64,000 nt of DNA from Paludibacteraceae bacterium (GTDB lineage Bacteria; Bacteroidota; Bacteroidia; Bacteroidales; Paludibacteraceae), in the NCBI GenBank assembly GCA_905233415.1, contig CAJOEX010000003.1, positions 21,630 through 85,629 of the forward strand. The letters are read 5' to 3'. This document shows, one piece after another, positions 18,196 to 26,934 of this stretch. The notes below the pieces were generated by a model, which was not told the DNA's origin, searched no databases, and saw only the letters and a list, made by a program, of their open reading frames with translations. Numbering within the stretch: position 1 is the first letter of the stretch; each line of letters begins with the position of its first letter. Position numbers and translations under genes: made by a program.

Positions 18196-19125
18196 TTATT
18201 TTACAATAAAACGGTTTTTTATTTTGTTGTTTAAAACGTTCAGTGTTACGTCCAACCAGTTCTCTTCGCCTTCGTAGCAGGCGGTCTGGAAGTCGTATTT
18301 TACAATACATTCGCCGCCGCGGGACATGTACTGCATGTCACTGAGACAGTTAGAGGACAATCTCGGTTGAATGTTTGTTGTCAAACGGTTTTCACCGAAG
18401 TAGGGAGCATAAACCAACTGCTGCTTGTTAACGGAAATCAGGCGCAGTGTGATGGATTTGATGTTGTCTGAATAGGCTTTTTCAATGTTGGCGCATGAGT
18501 TGCGACGCGGGTCGCGTTCCATCAGTGTGGACTTGAAAATACGTACCTGTTGCAGTTGCTTCATCATCTCTTCAATGGAAGAGTAGCCCGAGAAATCATC
18601 TTTTGCAAAGTCCTCAAGCTGTTGGTCCAGCTTGGCTTCACGCTCCATAAACTCATCCGACAGGCGTGTCAAATCAAAACGCGAGAACGGATATTTGATA
18701 TGGTAGCGGAAGAAATAATGGTCTTTGTCCTTCTTTATTTTCTCCCAATAGATTTCATCCACTTTCGAGATTCCCACTTCTCCGAGGAAGGGGATCAGCG
18801 CACTTTCTGTCTCTACGGCTGATTCGTAGGTCTCAATAATATCATACTTGCCGTTAACGCCTACTTCGTTGGAGTTCATTTTTGCGGAAGCACGCACATT
18901 TTCTGCGATGGAAGACATAATGTGCTTTTTGACGTTGAGCATGGCCTTTTCTTTGGCATCCTCAACGTTGGCAGCCTCTGCCGAAACAATGATGAATTCC
19001 TTTTCGGCACCGTAAATCCACTTCGGCTGTCTGCCGGAGGAATCAACCACTTTTTCACCGCCGCCGGCTTGCAAATACGCGCAACCGGTCAGTAAAGCGA
19101 ATGCGATAAATAATACTTTTCTCAT
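18196..19125 (-). CDS. Exported lipoprotein with an LPP20-like N-terminal module, function unknown
   Basis: Lipobox FALLTGC. QPKWIYGAEKEFIIVSAEAANVEDAKEKAMLNVKKHIMSSIAENV is followed by an unassigned C-terminal half of about 200 aa. Confidence 0.6.
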   Translation of the reverse strand: MRKVLFIAFALLTGCAYLQAGGGEKVVDSSGRQPKWIYGAEKEFIIVSAEAANVEDAKEKAMLNVKKHIMSSIAENVRASAKMNSNEVGVNGKYDIIETYESAVETESALIPFLGEVGISKVDEIYWEKIKKDKDHYFFRYHIKYPFSRFDLTRLSDEFMEREAKLDQQLEDFAKDDFSGYSSIEEMMKQLQQVRIFKSTLMERDPRRNSCANIEKAYSDNIKSITLRLISVNKQQLVYAPYFGENRLTTNIQPRLSSNCLSDMQYMSRGGECIVKYDFQTACYEGEENWLDVTLNVLNNKIKNRFIVK

Positions 19126-19127
19126 AA

Positions 19128-19715
19128 TTATTGCCAGTTAAAGTTGTACTCTAATGGTTGTTCACTGGAAGAAGCAGGTTCTGACGGGGCTGTTCCTTCG
19201 TTTTGTTGTTCCTGTGCGGCTCTCTCCAGCTCAATCAGCATCTTCAACTCGTCAATAATGCGTTGTTTGCCTTTGTCAAAGAACGGTTTGAAAGCACGGT
19301 CATTGGCGGAAATAGCCTTGATGGCGCTTAAATACGCTTTTTCTTCCGTATCGCCGATACCTTTGCGGTTGATGGCTGTGGAAGCATACAATGTGCCATC
19401 CACGCCGTTGCCGATAAAGAAGTGCACTTCAACCTCCACAAGCCACTTTTGCGGTACGGTACCTGTTACCTGTTTGTCAATTACATTCACCGAAGTGGTG
19501 ACAATATACGGCTGGTTGTCAATAGCGCTCAATCCGTTCTTCAATGCCGCTTGACGCATACGGTTCAGCAGTAATGCTTCCGCTTCCGGTGTCAAATTGG
19601 TTTCTGCCGAAATATACGCGGTCAGAGGAATTTCAATCTTCAGTTCTTCGGCTTCTTGAGCCTGCATAATGGTTGCGCAAGTCAGCGCAAGCATGAATAT
19701 AAATACTTTTTTCAT
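19128..19715 (-). CDS. Secreted protein, function unknown
   Basis: Signal peptide MKKVFIFMLALTCATIMQAQ. Its stop lies 2 nt from the next start. I recognise no motif. Confidence 0.6.
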   Translation of the reverse strand: MKKVFIFMLALTCATIMQAQEAEELKIEIPLTAYISAETNLTPEAEALLLNRMRQAALKNGLSAIDNQPYIVTTSVNVIDKQVTGTVPQKWLVEVEVHFFIGNGVDGTLYASTAINRKGIGDTEEKAYLSAIKAISANDRAFKPFFDKGKQRIIDELKMLIELERAAQEQQNEGTAPSEPASSSEQPLEYNFNWQ

Positions 19716-19739
19716 AATCTTGAAATCTTCAAATCTACT

Positions 19740-21143
19740 TTACTTGCTTCCAATTACAATCAGCACTTCACCCAAACCTTTGGACGAGATATTGCAATCA
19801 ATGCTGTATTCGTTCTTCAGCATGTTTTTCAACTCACGTACCCAGCGAATCGGGTCATTGTCACGACCTTTCTTGTTCACTAACGGCATTCGTGCCTGTT
19901 CAATGGTCATACGAGTACCCGAAGAACTGATATCCGGAGAACCGAATTTTCCCTTTACTGTATTGTCTTCTAACCAGTCTTCAATAATTTCATGCAACTC
20001 ATCGCCATCGTATTCCGTCATCAGATTTCCGTCAAAGTCATCCCAAACGAGGAAGCGCAGTTTAATCGCACGACCTTTAGCTGCCATGTCCTTGAAGTAT
20101 TTGATCATCGTGTCGCAGAACGGGTTGAACTGACCTTGAATAGCCGATTCAATCATGGCTGCAATATTGAACGAACTGCTGTATTCGTTTTGGCTCAAGG
20201 TTGGCGGAATACCTGCAGCTTGGAAGTCCGTGTAAGCGTCTAATGCTTCCATTGAGAAACGTAAGGTCTTTTGGCTACCGCCCTTTACGTCAATAATATC
20301 CCAGTTGATTTCAATCCATATGTCTGCTTTGGCAACGCGGCGTAATACATCAATAGGTGTTTCCTGAACGCTTGCACCGCCTTCAATGCTCTGCATTACA
20401 GATTCTTCCGCCTGCTCCGTTTTCATGGTCTGGAGTGCACGGTTCAAGTCTTTTACCTCAAAGCCACGGCTTATCAAACGGGCTTTAATGGCTGCTATAG
20501 CTTGTTGCAAATCGTTGTCCAAGAGGGCTTTCTCATAGTCAGCGATATACTCTGTTCCACCGTTATTCTTGATTTGCATGAGGCATTTGTGAGCGTTGCA
20601 GTAGTTCTTGCTCGGAACAATCATCAGCGTCGGCATTTTGCCTTCAACAACATCAGATGCAGCGGTCAGAATGCCGTCTTTTTCAAGGCGTTCACGCAAT
20701 TGGTCAACCAATACAACAACGGTAATACCAATCTTGTACTCCTTGCCTACTTTCATAATCTGGTCCGGAACGCCGTTGCGGATATACGTTACGTAACGCT
20801 GGAAGTCACCGCCTTCTTTGAAAAAGTTCTTGAAATACTCGGCATTGGCCTCTTCAACGCTTGGGTCTGCAATCATCGGGGCACGACCTACAATGCCTTG
20901 TGCGGAAGGGAAGCCCTTGAACATAATGGCATGAACCGCATTCTTGCCGGCTTGAGACGTTGCAACGGTATTGCTTTTTGAGTACGTCCATATACGTACC
21001 ATTTCCGAACCGCGTGCCGCCTGTCCGACTGCCGGTTCCACTTCATAACGCCACTGGGCGGTTTGAATGTCCGCTTTGCGTTGCTGTGCATTTACGCTTA
21101 AGATGCATAACATCGCAGCAATTAATGTGAAAATTTTCTTCAT
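19740..21143 (-). CDS. Secreted protein, 467 aa, function unknown
   Basis: Signal peptide MKKIFTLIAAMLCILSVNAQ. It is a long clean ORF, and the plus-strand ORFs across it are low-complexity shadows. Confidence 0.65.
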   Translation of the reverse strand: MKKIFTLIAAMLCILSVNAQQRKADIQTAQWRYEVEPAVGQAARGSEMVRIWTYSKSNTVATSQAGKNAVHAIMFKGFPSAQGIVGRAPMIADPSVEEANAEYFKNFFKEGGDFQRYVTYIRNGVPDQIMKVGKEYKIGITVVVLVDQLRERLEKDGILTAASDVVEGKMPTLMIVPSKNYCNAHKCLMQIKNNGGTEYIADYEKALLDNDLQQAIAAIKARLISRGFEVKDLNRALQTMKTEQAEESVMQSIEGGASVQETPIDVLRRVAKADIWIEINWDIIDVKGGSQKTLRFSMEALDAYTDFQAAGIPPTLSQNEYSSSFNIAAMIESAIQGQFNPFCDTMIKYFKDMAAKGRAIKLRFLVWDDFDGNLMTEYDGDELHEIIEDWLEDNTVKGKFGSPDISSSGTRMTIEQARMPLVNKKGRDNDPIRWVRELKNMLKNEYSIDCNISSKGLGEVLIVIGSK

Positions 21144-21178
21144 ACTTTTTTATTTTTTGTTATTCTGTATTTCTTGGC

Positions 21179-22501
21179 TTACATTTCCCGAATCAGCATT
21201 CCGGGAACAATCGTTTTGGTGGCAGTACCTTGCATTTTGAACAGGGTTCCTTCTGTCATGGCATCCACGTCATTTTCCAACAGCGCATTAAAGCGGTTGT
21301 CCCAAATTTGGTTGTTAATCGGTTTTAGTGTGGCAACGCGGTTGTAAACCACTTTGCCTTTGTTGTTCAGCTTCATCTCCAACACTTCATACGTGCGGTT
21401 TTCTGACACGCCTTCTTTCAGCCCTACAAGCGCACGGAAGCCTTTCAACTTGCCCTTGGTGTCATATTCGACAGCGGAAATAGGAGTCTTGATACGGAAA
21501 TCTTCGTATTGGCTCTGCAATTTCGCCACATTGTTATCAATCGAACGGCGTGTGATTAGTTCCAGCAAGCCGGACCGACTGTACTTGCCGATTTTCTGCG
21601 TCTTTTCATATTTTGCATCTTCCTCACCTAAATACTTGAGCTTGAATGAACTCTTGTCGGCAAGAAACGCTTTAATGCGTGAAGGATCAGGTTTTTCGGT
21701 GTAATAATTTGAATAGAACACATCAGCTATGCTATCATTCCATTCCAATTGGAAGAGGTAACTGTGTGTCCATACTTTGAATCCGGTAAAACTGTCAGCA
21801 ATATCGCCGGCCCATTGTGCCGTACGTTCACCGTAGTTTTTTCCGGTAAGCGCATCAAAGATGCCGCCTAATACGTTCAGCGTCTTTTTGGCTGCATCTG
21901 CACGATCCTCTGCGGTAATATAGGTCATATCGCTTACCAGCACAAACGAGTGACTGATTAATTCTTCCGAAATCGCTTGCAGCACATCCACGCCCGCTGC
22001 TGTATAACGTGCCATTACAGCTTCTTCGACGGTTGCGTTATAATCACTCCGGTCCTCTAATAATTTCGTTGAGAAAACGGCATCGTTGACATTTTCGCCT
22101 TTCAGGTCAAACCACTTGGCAACCATGCGTTTGCCGATTTGGGCATCATTGAGCAATTGCAGCAAAGCATCCGCATTTTTTTGCTTTTCGCCTGCTGTCA
22201 GCACCATACTTCCTCCGTACTGCATACGGTGAAAGCCGGAGTCTTTGCCTTTGACGTTCTTAACCTTTGAATTGTCAATCACACGGTAGGAAACATCGTG
22301 ATTGTCAAACTTCTCCAATGCAGGAAGAGACTTGAATATCTCATATACGTCGTAACCAAACTCGTCTTCCGCATGATAAATCATCATTTGCGCCAATGCA
22401 TTACGGTAGTAAGGCGTTACGTCATGCTTCAAGGCTTCTTGCGCCATGAGCGGTGTTGTCATCAGCAACACATATATAATATATAAGGTGTAACGTCTCA
22501 T
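21179..22501 (-). CDS. Secreted protein, 440 aa, paralogue of 26981-28399
   Basis: Signal peptide ...LLMTTPLMAQ. It shares blocks with the 472-aa protein: YLFQLEWNDSIADVFYSNYY / HLYQLNWDDEIANTFYSKYY, FRIKTPISAVEYDTKGK / FRVATPITGLTYNAKGK, QIWDNRF / QIWDNRY, PGMLIRE / PGYLIRE. Confidence 0.7.
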   Translation of the reverse strand: MRRYTLYIIYVLLMTTPLMAQEALKHDVTPYYRNALAQMMIYHAEDEFGYDVYEIFKSLPALEKFDNHDVSYRVIDNSKVKNVKGKDSGFHRMQYGGSMVLTAGEKQKNADALLQLLNDAQIGKRMVAKWFDLKGENVNDAVFSTKLLEDRSDYNATVEEAVMARYTAAGVDVLQAISEELISHSFVLVSDMTYITAEDRADAAKKTLNVLGGIFDALTGKNYGERTAQWAGDIADSFTGFKVWTHSYLFQLEWNDSIADVFYSNYYTEKPDPSRIKAFLADKSSFKLKYLGEEDAKYEKTQKIGKYSRSGLLELITRRSIDNNVAKLQSQYEDFRIKTPISAVEYDTKGKLKGFRALVGLKEGVSENRTYEVLEMKLNNKGKVVYNRVATLKPINNQIWDNRFNALLENDVDAMTEGTLFKMQGTATKTIVPGMLIREM

Positions 22502-23694
22502 TTTCCGAACATGCTTAAATAGAAACCATTGACATCCGCCACAACATACAGGAAGTCGCCGCGTTTGCCGTCTTTTCCGTTTTTGCCACGCTTACCATCA
22601 GGTGCTTTTCCTGAGCAACCGCTACCTTGTCCGTGGATACCGCCTTTACCGCCTTCTCCGCCTTGTCCGCCTTTGCCGGCTTCAATCGTGCCGGAAATAG
22701 CCTCCAAACCATATTGGTCAAGCAATATCTGGCTGACGCAGAACAAGTAGGTCGCGCCATCTGTGCCGTCACCGCCATTTCCGCCGTCCTGACCTGCTTC
22801 CGCGCAAGTGCCTTTTTTATAGTGCTCTTTTCCGTCGCTATCCGTGTACTTGACCTCGTCTTTACCGTTTTTGCCGTTTTTACCGCGCCCGCCATTGCTG
22901 CCGTCGCGTCCTGCTCCAGAGAAGTTGAAGGGCAGATGCACCACTTCCAACTGGTTGGTTTTGAGGTTGCACATCAATGCCAAATCCGGAATGGAGTCAC
23001 TGCCAAGCAGTTCAAAGCTATATGCCAAGTCCTCGCCGCTGCAATACATGCTGTTGCGATAACCAAGGGAAATATCAAAGATGTACTTTGAGTTGGACGG
23101 TTTGTGAATACAGGTCACTTTATGCTTGGACGGATAGTTACCGGCTGCAATATTAAGGGTAGGGACGATAAACTCAATCTTGTTGCCGACCATCTTAATC
23201 GCCTCGCTGTTTGTCGAGAACTCGAAATCCGACATTTTGCAGGTCTTGTTCTTATGATTGACAATAGTTATTTCGTTACCGTTTCTAAGGATTGCATACG
23301 ACATACGGTCTTTCTTGACATTGAATGATTCGTCATTGTATTCAACGTTTTCGCGACCGTGAGAGGTATTGGTGATTTTGATAATAGGTGTAGCAATTGT
23401 ATATGCATTGCCCTGTTTGAGAATGGCGCACTCGCTTTGTCCGGGACCGATATACTTCTCAACGTTTGCCAGCACTTTGGCATCTACATTGGGCAAGTAA
23501 CTGCCTTGACGTATCAGTTTTTGTTTCTTCTCTGCCTCTAATTTGGCTTTGGCTTCTGCCATTGCAGGAGGTAGGGGAGCGACTTTGCACACGGCAGCAG
23601 GAACGCTTCCCATCTGGTCGTCCAATGCTTGTGCACGGACATTCAAGCCTGCGCACAAACATAGAACGGCTATGAGCGAGATACGTATTCTCAT
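22498..23694 (-). CDS. Secreted protein with a collagen-like Gly-rich C-terminal third
   Basis: Signal peptide MRIRISLIAVLCLCAGLNVRAQA. Residues 259-380 contain GRDGSNGGRGKNGKNGKD, GQDGGNGGDGTDG, GKGGQGGEGGKGGIHGQGSG and GKRGKNGKDGKRGD. It overlaps the downstream gene by 4 nt. Confidence 0.7.
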   Translation of the reverse strand: MRIRISLIAVLCLCAGLNVRAQALDDQMGSVPAAVCKVAPLPPAMAEAKAKLEAEKKQKLIRQGSYLPNVDAKVLANVEKYIGPGQSECAILKQGNAYTIATPIIKITNTSHGRENVEYNDESFNVKKDRMSYAILRNGNEITIVNHKNKTCKMSDFEFSTNSEAIKMVGNKIEFIVPTLNIAAGNYPSKHKVTCIHKPSNSKYIFDISLGYRNSMYCSGEDLAYSFELLGSDSIPDLALMCNLKTNQLEVVHLPFNFSGAGRDGSNGGRGKNGKNGKDEVKYTDSDGKEHYKKGTCAEAGQDGGNGGDGTDGATYLFCVSQILLDQYGLEAISGTIEAGKGGQGGEGGKGGIHGQGSGCSGKAPDGKRGKNGKDGKRGDFLYVVADVNGFYLSMFGK

Positions 23695-23708
23695 CTTTTT
23701 AACAGCAA

Positions 23709-24308
23709 TTAGTCTTCAAACATTTTGCGTACATCGGGAGCCTTGTTGGCGCCTTCTTCTGCCTCGAAGTACGGTTTCTTTTGGAAGCCGAAGATAGAAG
23801 CAACGATGTTAGCCGGGAACTTGCGAATCAGGATGTTGAATTCCTTTGCAGCATCGTTGAAGGCGTTACGAGCCACCGTAATGCGGTTCTCGGTACCCTC
23901 CAATTGTGACTGGAGCTGCAGGAAGTTCTCGTTAGACTTGATTTCCGGATAGCTTTCAGCAACGGCCATGAGTCGTCCCAATGCCTGGCTGAGTTCGCCT
24001 TGTGCCTGTTGGAAAGCGGCGAGTTGTTCAGGAGTTGCATTGGACGGGTCGATTGTCATTTGCGTGGCGCGTGCACGTGCCTCCATGGTTTTTTCGTACA
24101 CTTCGGTCTCGTGCTTTGCGAACTGCTTAACTACTCCGACAAGGTTCGGAATCAGGTCAGCACGACGCTGATATTGGTTCTCTACTTGACCCCAAGCGTT
24201 TTCAACGTTTTCCTCTGCGGTCACCATGGCATTGTACTTGCCAAACATCCAAAACAGGAGTGCTGCTATCGCAGCAATCACAATAATCCAAGTTGCTCTT
24301 TTACTCAT
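23709..24308 (-). CDS. LemA family protein
   Basis: N-terminal TM WIIVIAAIAALLFWMF, then NAMVTAEENVENAWGQVENQYQRRADLIPNLV...YPEIKSNENFLQLQSQLEGTENRITVARNAFND, which is typical of LemA. Confidence 0.9.
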   Translation of the reverse strand: MSKRATWIIVIAAIAALLFWMFGKYNAMVTAEENVENAWGQVENQYQRRADLIPNLVGVVKQFAKHETEVYEKTMEARARATQMTIDPSNATPEQLAAFQQAQGELSQALGRLMAVAESYPEIKSNENFLQLQSQLEGTENRITVARNAFNDAAKEFNILIRKFPANIVASIFGFQKKPYFEAEEGANKAPDVRKMFED

Positions 24309-24348
24309 AATGATTATTAATTAAAAAATGTCAATTATCAACTGTCAA

Positions 24349-25248
24349 TTACCATCTGCCACCGGCACCGCCGCCGAATGACCGTCCGCCGCCGAAACTG
24401 CCGCCGCTGCTACGGCTGCTACCGCCGTACGAACGTCCGCCGCTGCTTGACGAAGAGGACGGAGGAGTCAGTTTGGCAATGGTATAGGGGACATCCCATT
24501 TATGTCCGCACCGGTTGCAGGTATAGTGGTGAATACCGTTTCCGGAAGCCGAATAGGTGGCACGGTTAATTATCTCGTCCTTGTGCTTGTTGTCTTTCAT
24601 CTTGCAGTTCGGACATTTGGGTTTAACCAAGTACGTGAGGTACGTGATTAACAACACAATCAAACTTATAATAGACAAGCCTTTGAAGGGCGATTCGGAA
24701 ACAGGTTCTGCTTTATAGCCCAGCAGCAGTTCCGCCTGCGCTTCGTCGGTTGTCAGTGTTTCGTAGATTGCTATAGCGCCTCGTATCAGACCGCGTTCAT
24801 AGTTGTTCTCCCGGAACTCAGGCGCCATCTCATCCCAAATGATATCGGAGCACTTCGCGTCGGGAAGCAAGCCTTCAACACCGCCGCCGGTGCGAATCTG
24901 AATATCGTGGTACTCCATCGACATGAATACCAGCACACCGCGGTTTTTCTCTTTGTCACCGATACCCCACGTATTGAACAGGTCGAGCGAGAAGTCAAAC
25001 GCATCTTCGTAGCCTATCCCGTTGAGGATGACATATACCACCTCCACACCGGTTTGCTCGTATAGCATCTGCGATATCTGCGTCAAGTTGTTAACGCAAT
25101 CGCTGCTGATGATACCATCGGGGTTGGCAACGTACGCCTCAGCATCCGTATGACGCGGATTGGGTACTGTTTCCACAGTATATTGTGCCTGCACACTTGA
25201 AATGCACAAGCACAAAAACATGGCGATATAAAGTTTCTTTTTCATCAT
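24349..25248 (-). CDS. TPM-domain (YgcG-like) protein with an embedded CxxC...CxxC zinc ribbon and a Gly/Ser-rich tail
   Basis: Signal peptide, then the TPM core ...GVEVVYVILNGIGYEDAFDFSLDLFNTWGIGDKEKNRGVLVFMSMEYHDIQIRTGGGVEGLLPD, a TM segment LSIISLIVLLITYLTYL, then CPNCKMK...CNRCGHKW, and the tail SSSSSSGGRSYGGSSRSSGGSFGGGRSFGGGAGGRW. Confidence 0.8.
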   Translation of the reverse strand: MMKKKLYIAMFLCLCISSVQAQYTVETVPNPRHTDAEAYVANPDGIISSDCVNNLTQISQMLYEQTGVEVVYVILNGIGYEDAFDFSLDLFNTWGIGDKEKNRGVLVFMSMEYHDIQIRTGGGVEGLLPDAKCSDIIWDEMAPEFRENNYERGLIRGAIAIYETLTTDEAQAELLLGYKAEPVSESPFKGLSIISLIVLLITYLTYLVKPKCPNCKMKDNKHKDEIINRATYSASGNGIHHYTCNRCGHKWDVPYTIAKLTPPSSSSSSGGRSYGGSSRSSGGSFGGGRSFGGGAGGRW

Positions 25249-25262
25249 AATTATCTACTTAT

Positions 25263-25350
25263 CGTCTCGGTAAGGTCTCGGTAACGTCTCGGTGAGCATC
25301 CGATGAGCACCCGATGAGCACCCGATGACCATCCGATGAGCACCCGATGA
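25263..25350. repeat. Tandem array, eight units of exactly 11 bp in two subfamilies
   Basis: cgtctcggtaa, ggtctcggtaa, cgtctcggtga, gcatccgatga, gcacccgatga, gcacccgatga, ccatccgatga, gcacccgatga. It fills most of the 116-nt gap between the beta-helix gene stop and the TPM gene start. Confidence 0.95.
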
Positions 25351-25364
25351 GATGCAAGGATTAA

Positions 25365-26837
25365 TTAGGGTTTTTGTGCGCCGTAGCCCGGCATAGCACC
25401 GAACAATTGCAGCGCTTTGTCAAAGTTATAGCGGTTGCCGTACATCGAAACGCGGCGGATTTCCGAACCTTGCATGTTCTGACCGGTTGCCTGACGGAAC
25501 TGGTTTGAAGCCGAATTCGGGTTGAAGTTCGACGATTGGGCGATAACCTTCAGGTTGGCAAATGCTTCCAAATAGTCCTTGTCAAATGCTTTAATCACAT
25601 CGCTGCCGGCGGGCAGTTCCTTGTTGTTTTCGGCTCTTGGCAGCGTTTTCTCATCCACCATTTCCTCAATGTCGGTACATTTTACGTTGGTCCACTTGCC
25701 ACCACCGGAAGAAGGTAATTGCAGGTCGGCTGCGTTGAGGAAGTAGTAGTTGTCATAGAGGTTGGTTACGCGTTTTGCCTCAATCGGAGCGTCGGGACCC
25801 GAGAGTTTGCGGGTACGAGCGACAGCGGCATAGTTGTTACCAACGAAGAGGTTGTGGTGTACGTCAGCGCTCACTTTGTTCATATACTCAAAGCCGTAAC
25901 CCATGTCTTCCATGAATTTGTCGCGGCACCAGCTGAAAGCAACGGTGTTGTGGTGGAAGTTGATATGCGAAGCCTCACCATCCTTGTCCCAGCCGTCAAT
26001 ACGAACACCGCTGTAGCGGTTGGAGATAATCACGCAGTTGTAGATTTCAATCTCGCCACAGCGTGTATTGAACTGGATTCCGAATTGCGAACCGTTGGCA
26101 ATCAGGCAGTTGCGGATAATCACATTTCCTGCGATAGCGCCGTCGGAGTGGAAAATCTGGTGCTCGATTTGTGGCGGAATAGCATCTTCCATACGTCCGG
26201 TCTCAAATGCTGCAGACGGGCAACCGAAGCGTTCGTCACCCGGGTTGGCGGGTTTGTAGTAGTTCTCAAGACCCATGTCGAGCATGATACCGTCAATGAT
26301 AAGTGTGCCCTGCGGCGTTTTCGATGTAACGGCATCCAAGTCACGAGTGGTTTGAATCAGACCTTTGCTGCCGTTGGTTCCGCGTTGTTCCTCTCCCGGT
26401 TGGATGCGGGTGATGTATTTCAGCGGGTCACGGTCGGTAAACGTCTCGTTCCAACCGCCTTCAAGCGTAACAAAGTTTGCGATTTCGATGTAACCTTGGT
26501 TGGTATAGCCAAGGAAGTTACCTTCGCCGATACGGATTACGGCGCCGTTTTCCTTGTTCTCTTTAATAATGTTCAGCACAGCCTGAATATCTTTCTTGGC
26601 GGTGGCAGGGCTCAATCCGTCTGCGCCACGGGCAGCGCCGTTTTTGCTTACATAATACACTTTTCCGTTGTTTTGCGGAGTGGCAGCCTGCTTGACATCT
26701 TGTTTTGCCTGCGAAGACTGCTGGGTTGTTGGCGACTGGGACGAAGCTTGTCCGCTAACCAAGTTCTTCAGGAACTGGGCATTGGCAGGCATACAAACAA
26801 CTGCTGCCAACATCAAAATGGAGAATACTTTCTTCAT
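25365..26837 (-). CDS. Secreted right-handed beta-helix (pectin-lyase-fold-like) protein
   Basis: Signal peptide MKKVFSILMLAAVVCMPANAQ, then a Q/S-rich linker, then KVYYVSKNGAARGADGLSPATAKKDIQAVLNII...GAVIRIGEGNF and repetitive NxxI/V turns (GNVIIRNCLIANGSQFGIQF..IEIYNCVIISNRYSGVRI). The 374-aa plus-strand ORF 25719-26843 is its shadow. Confidence 0.65.
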   Translation of the reverse strand: MKKVFSILMLAAVVCMPANAQFLKNLVSGQASSQSPTTQQSSQAKQDVKQAATPQNNGKVYYVSKNGAARGADGLSPATAKKDIQAVLNIIKENKENGAVIRIGEGNFLGYTNQGYIEIANFVTLEGGWNETFTDRDPLKYITRIQPGEEQRGTNGSKGLIQTTRDLDAVTSKTPQGTLIIDGIMLDMGLENYYKPANPGDERFGCPSAAFETGRMEDAIPPQIEHQIFHSDGAIAGNVIIRNCLIANGSQFGIQFNTRCGEIEIYNCVIISNRYSGVRIDGWDKDGEASHINFHHNTVAFSWCRDKFMEDMGYGFEYMNKVSADVHHNLFVGNNYAAVARTRKLSGPDAPIEAKRVTNLYDNYYFLNAADLQLPSSGGGKWTNVKCTDIEEMVDEKTLPRAENNKELPAGSDVIKAFDKDYLEAFANLKVIAQSSNFNPNSASNQFRQATGQNMQGSEIRRVSMYGNRYNFDKALQLFGAMPGYGAQKP

Positions 26838-26926
26838 GATTGAACGAATTAGAGGTTAATACTATGTTGATTGTGTAAATTAAGTGCTTTTTCCCGCCCT
26901 ACGGGCGTGTTTTTCTATTTTGGCGG

Positions 26927-26934
26927 CAAAGGTA
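26927..26934 (-). promoter_or_regulatory. Internal -7 box TAccTTTG upstream of the beta-helix gene
   Basis: The plus strand reads caaaggta, about 90 nt upstream of the ATG at 26837, in the 143-nt gap after the 472-aa gene. Confidence 0.55.

Noticed and set aside
25263-25350. CRISPR array (also considered for the other short tandem repeats)
   Set aside because: The units are 11 bp and directly abutting with no spacers. The window has no cas genes.
25719-26843. 374-aa plus-strand ORF, with similar long antisense ORFs at 37829-39073, 4469-5419, 61745-62674, 12228-12782, 33206-33958 and 16026-16886
   Set aside because: Each lies fully antisense to a gene with clear family signatures or a signal peptide. 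Their translations are low-complexity (V/R/H/F-rich) with no recognisable motifs. They are typical shadow ORFs of codon-biased genes.
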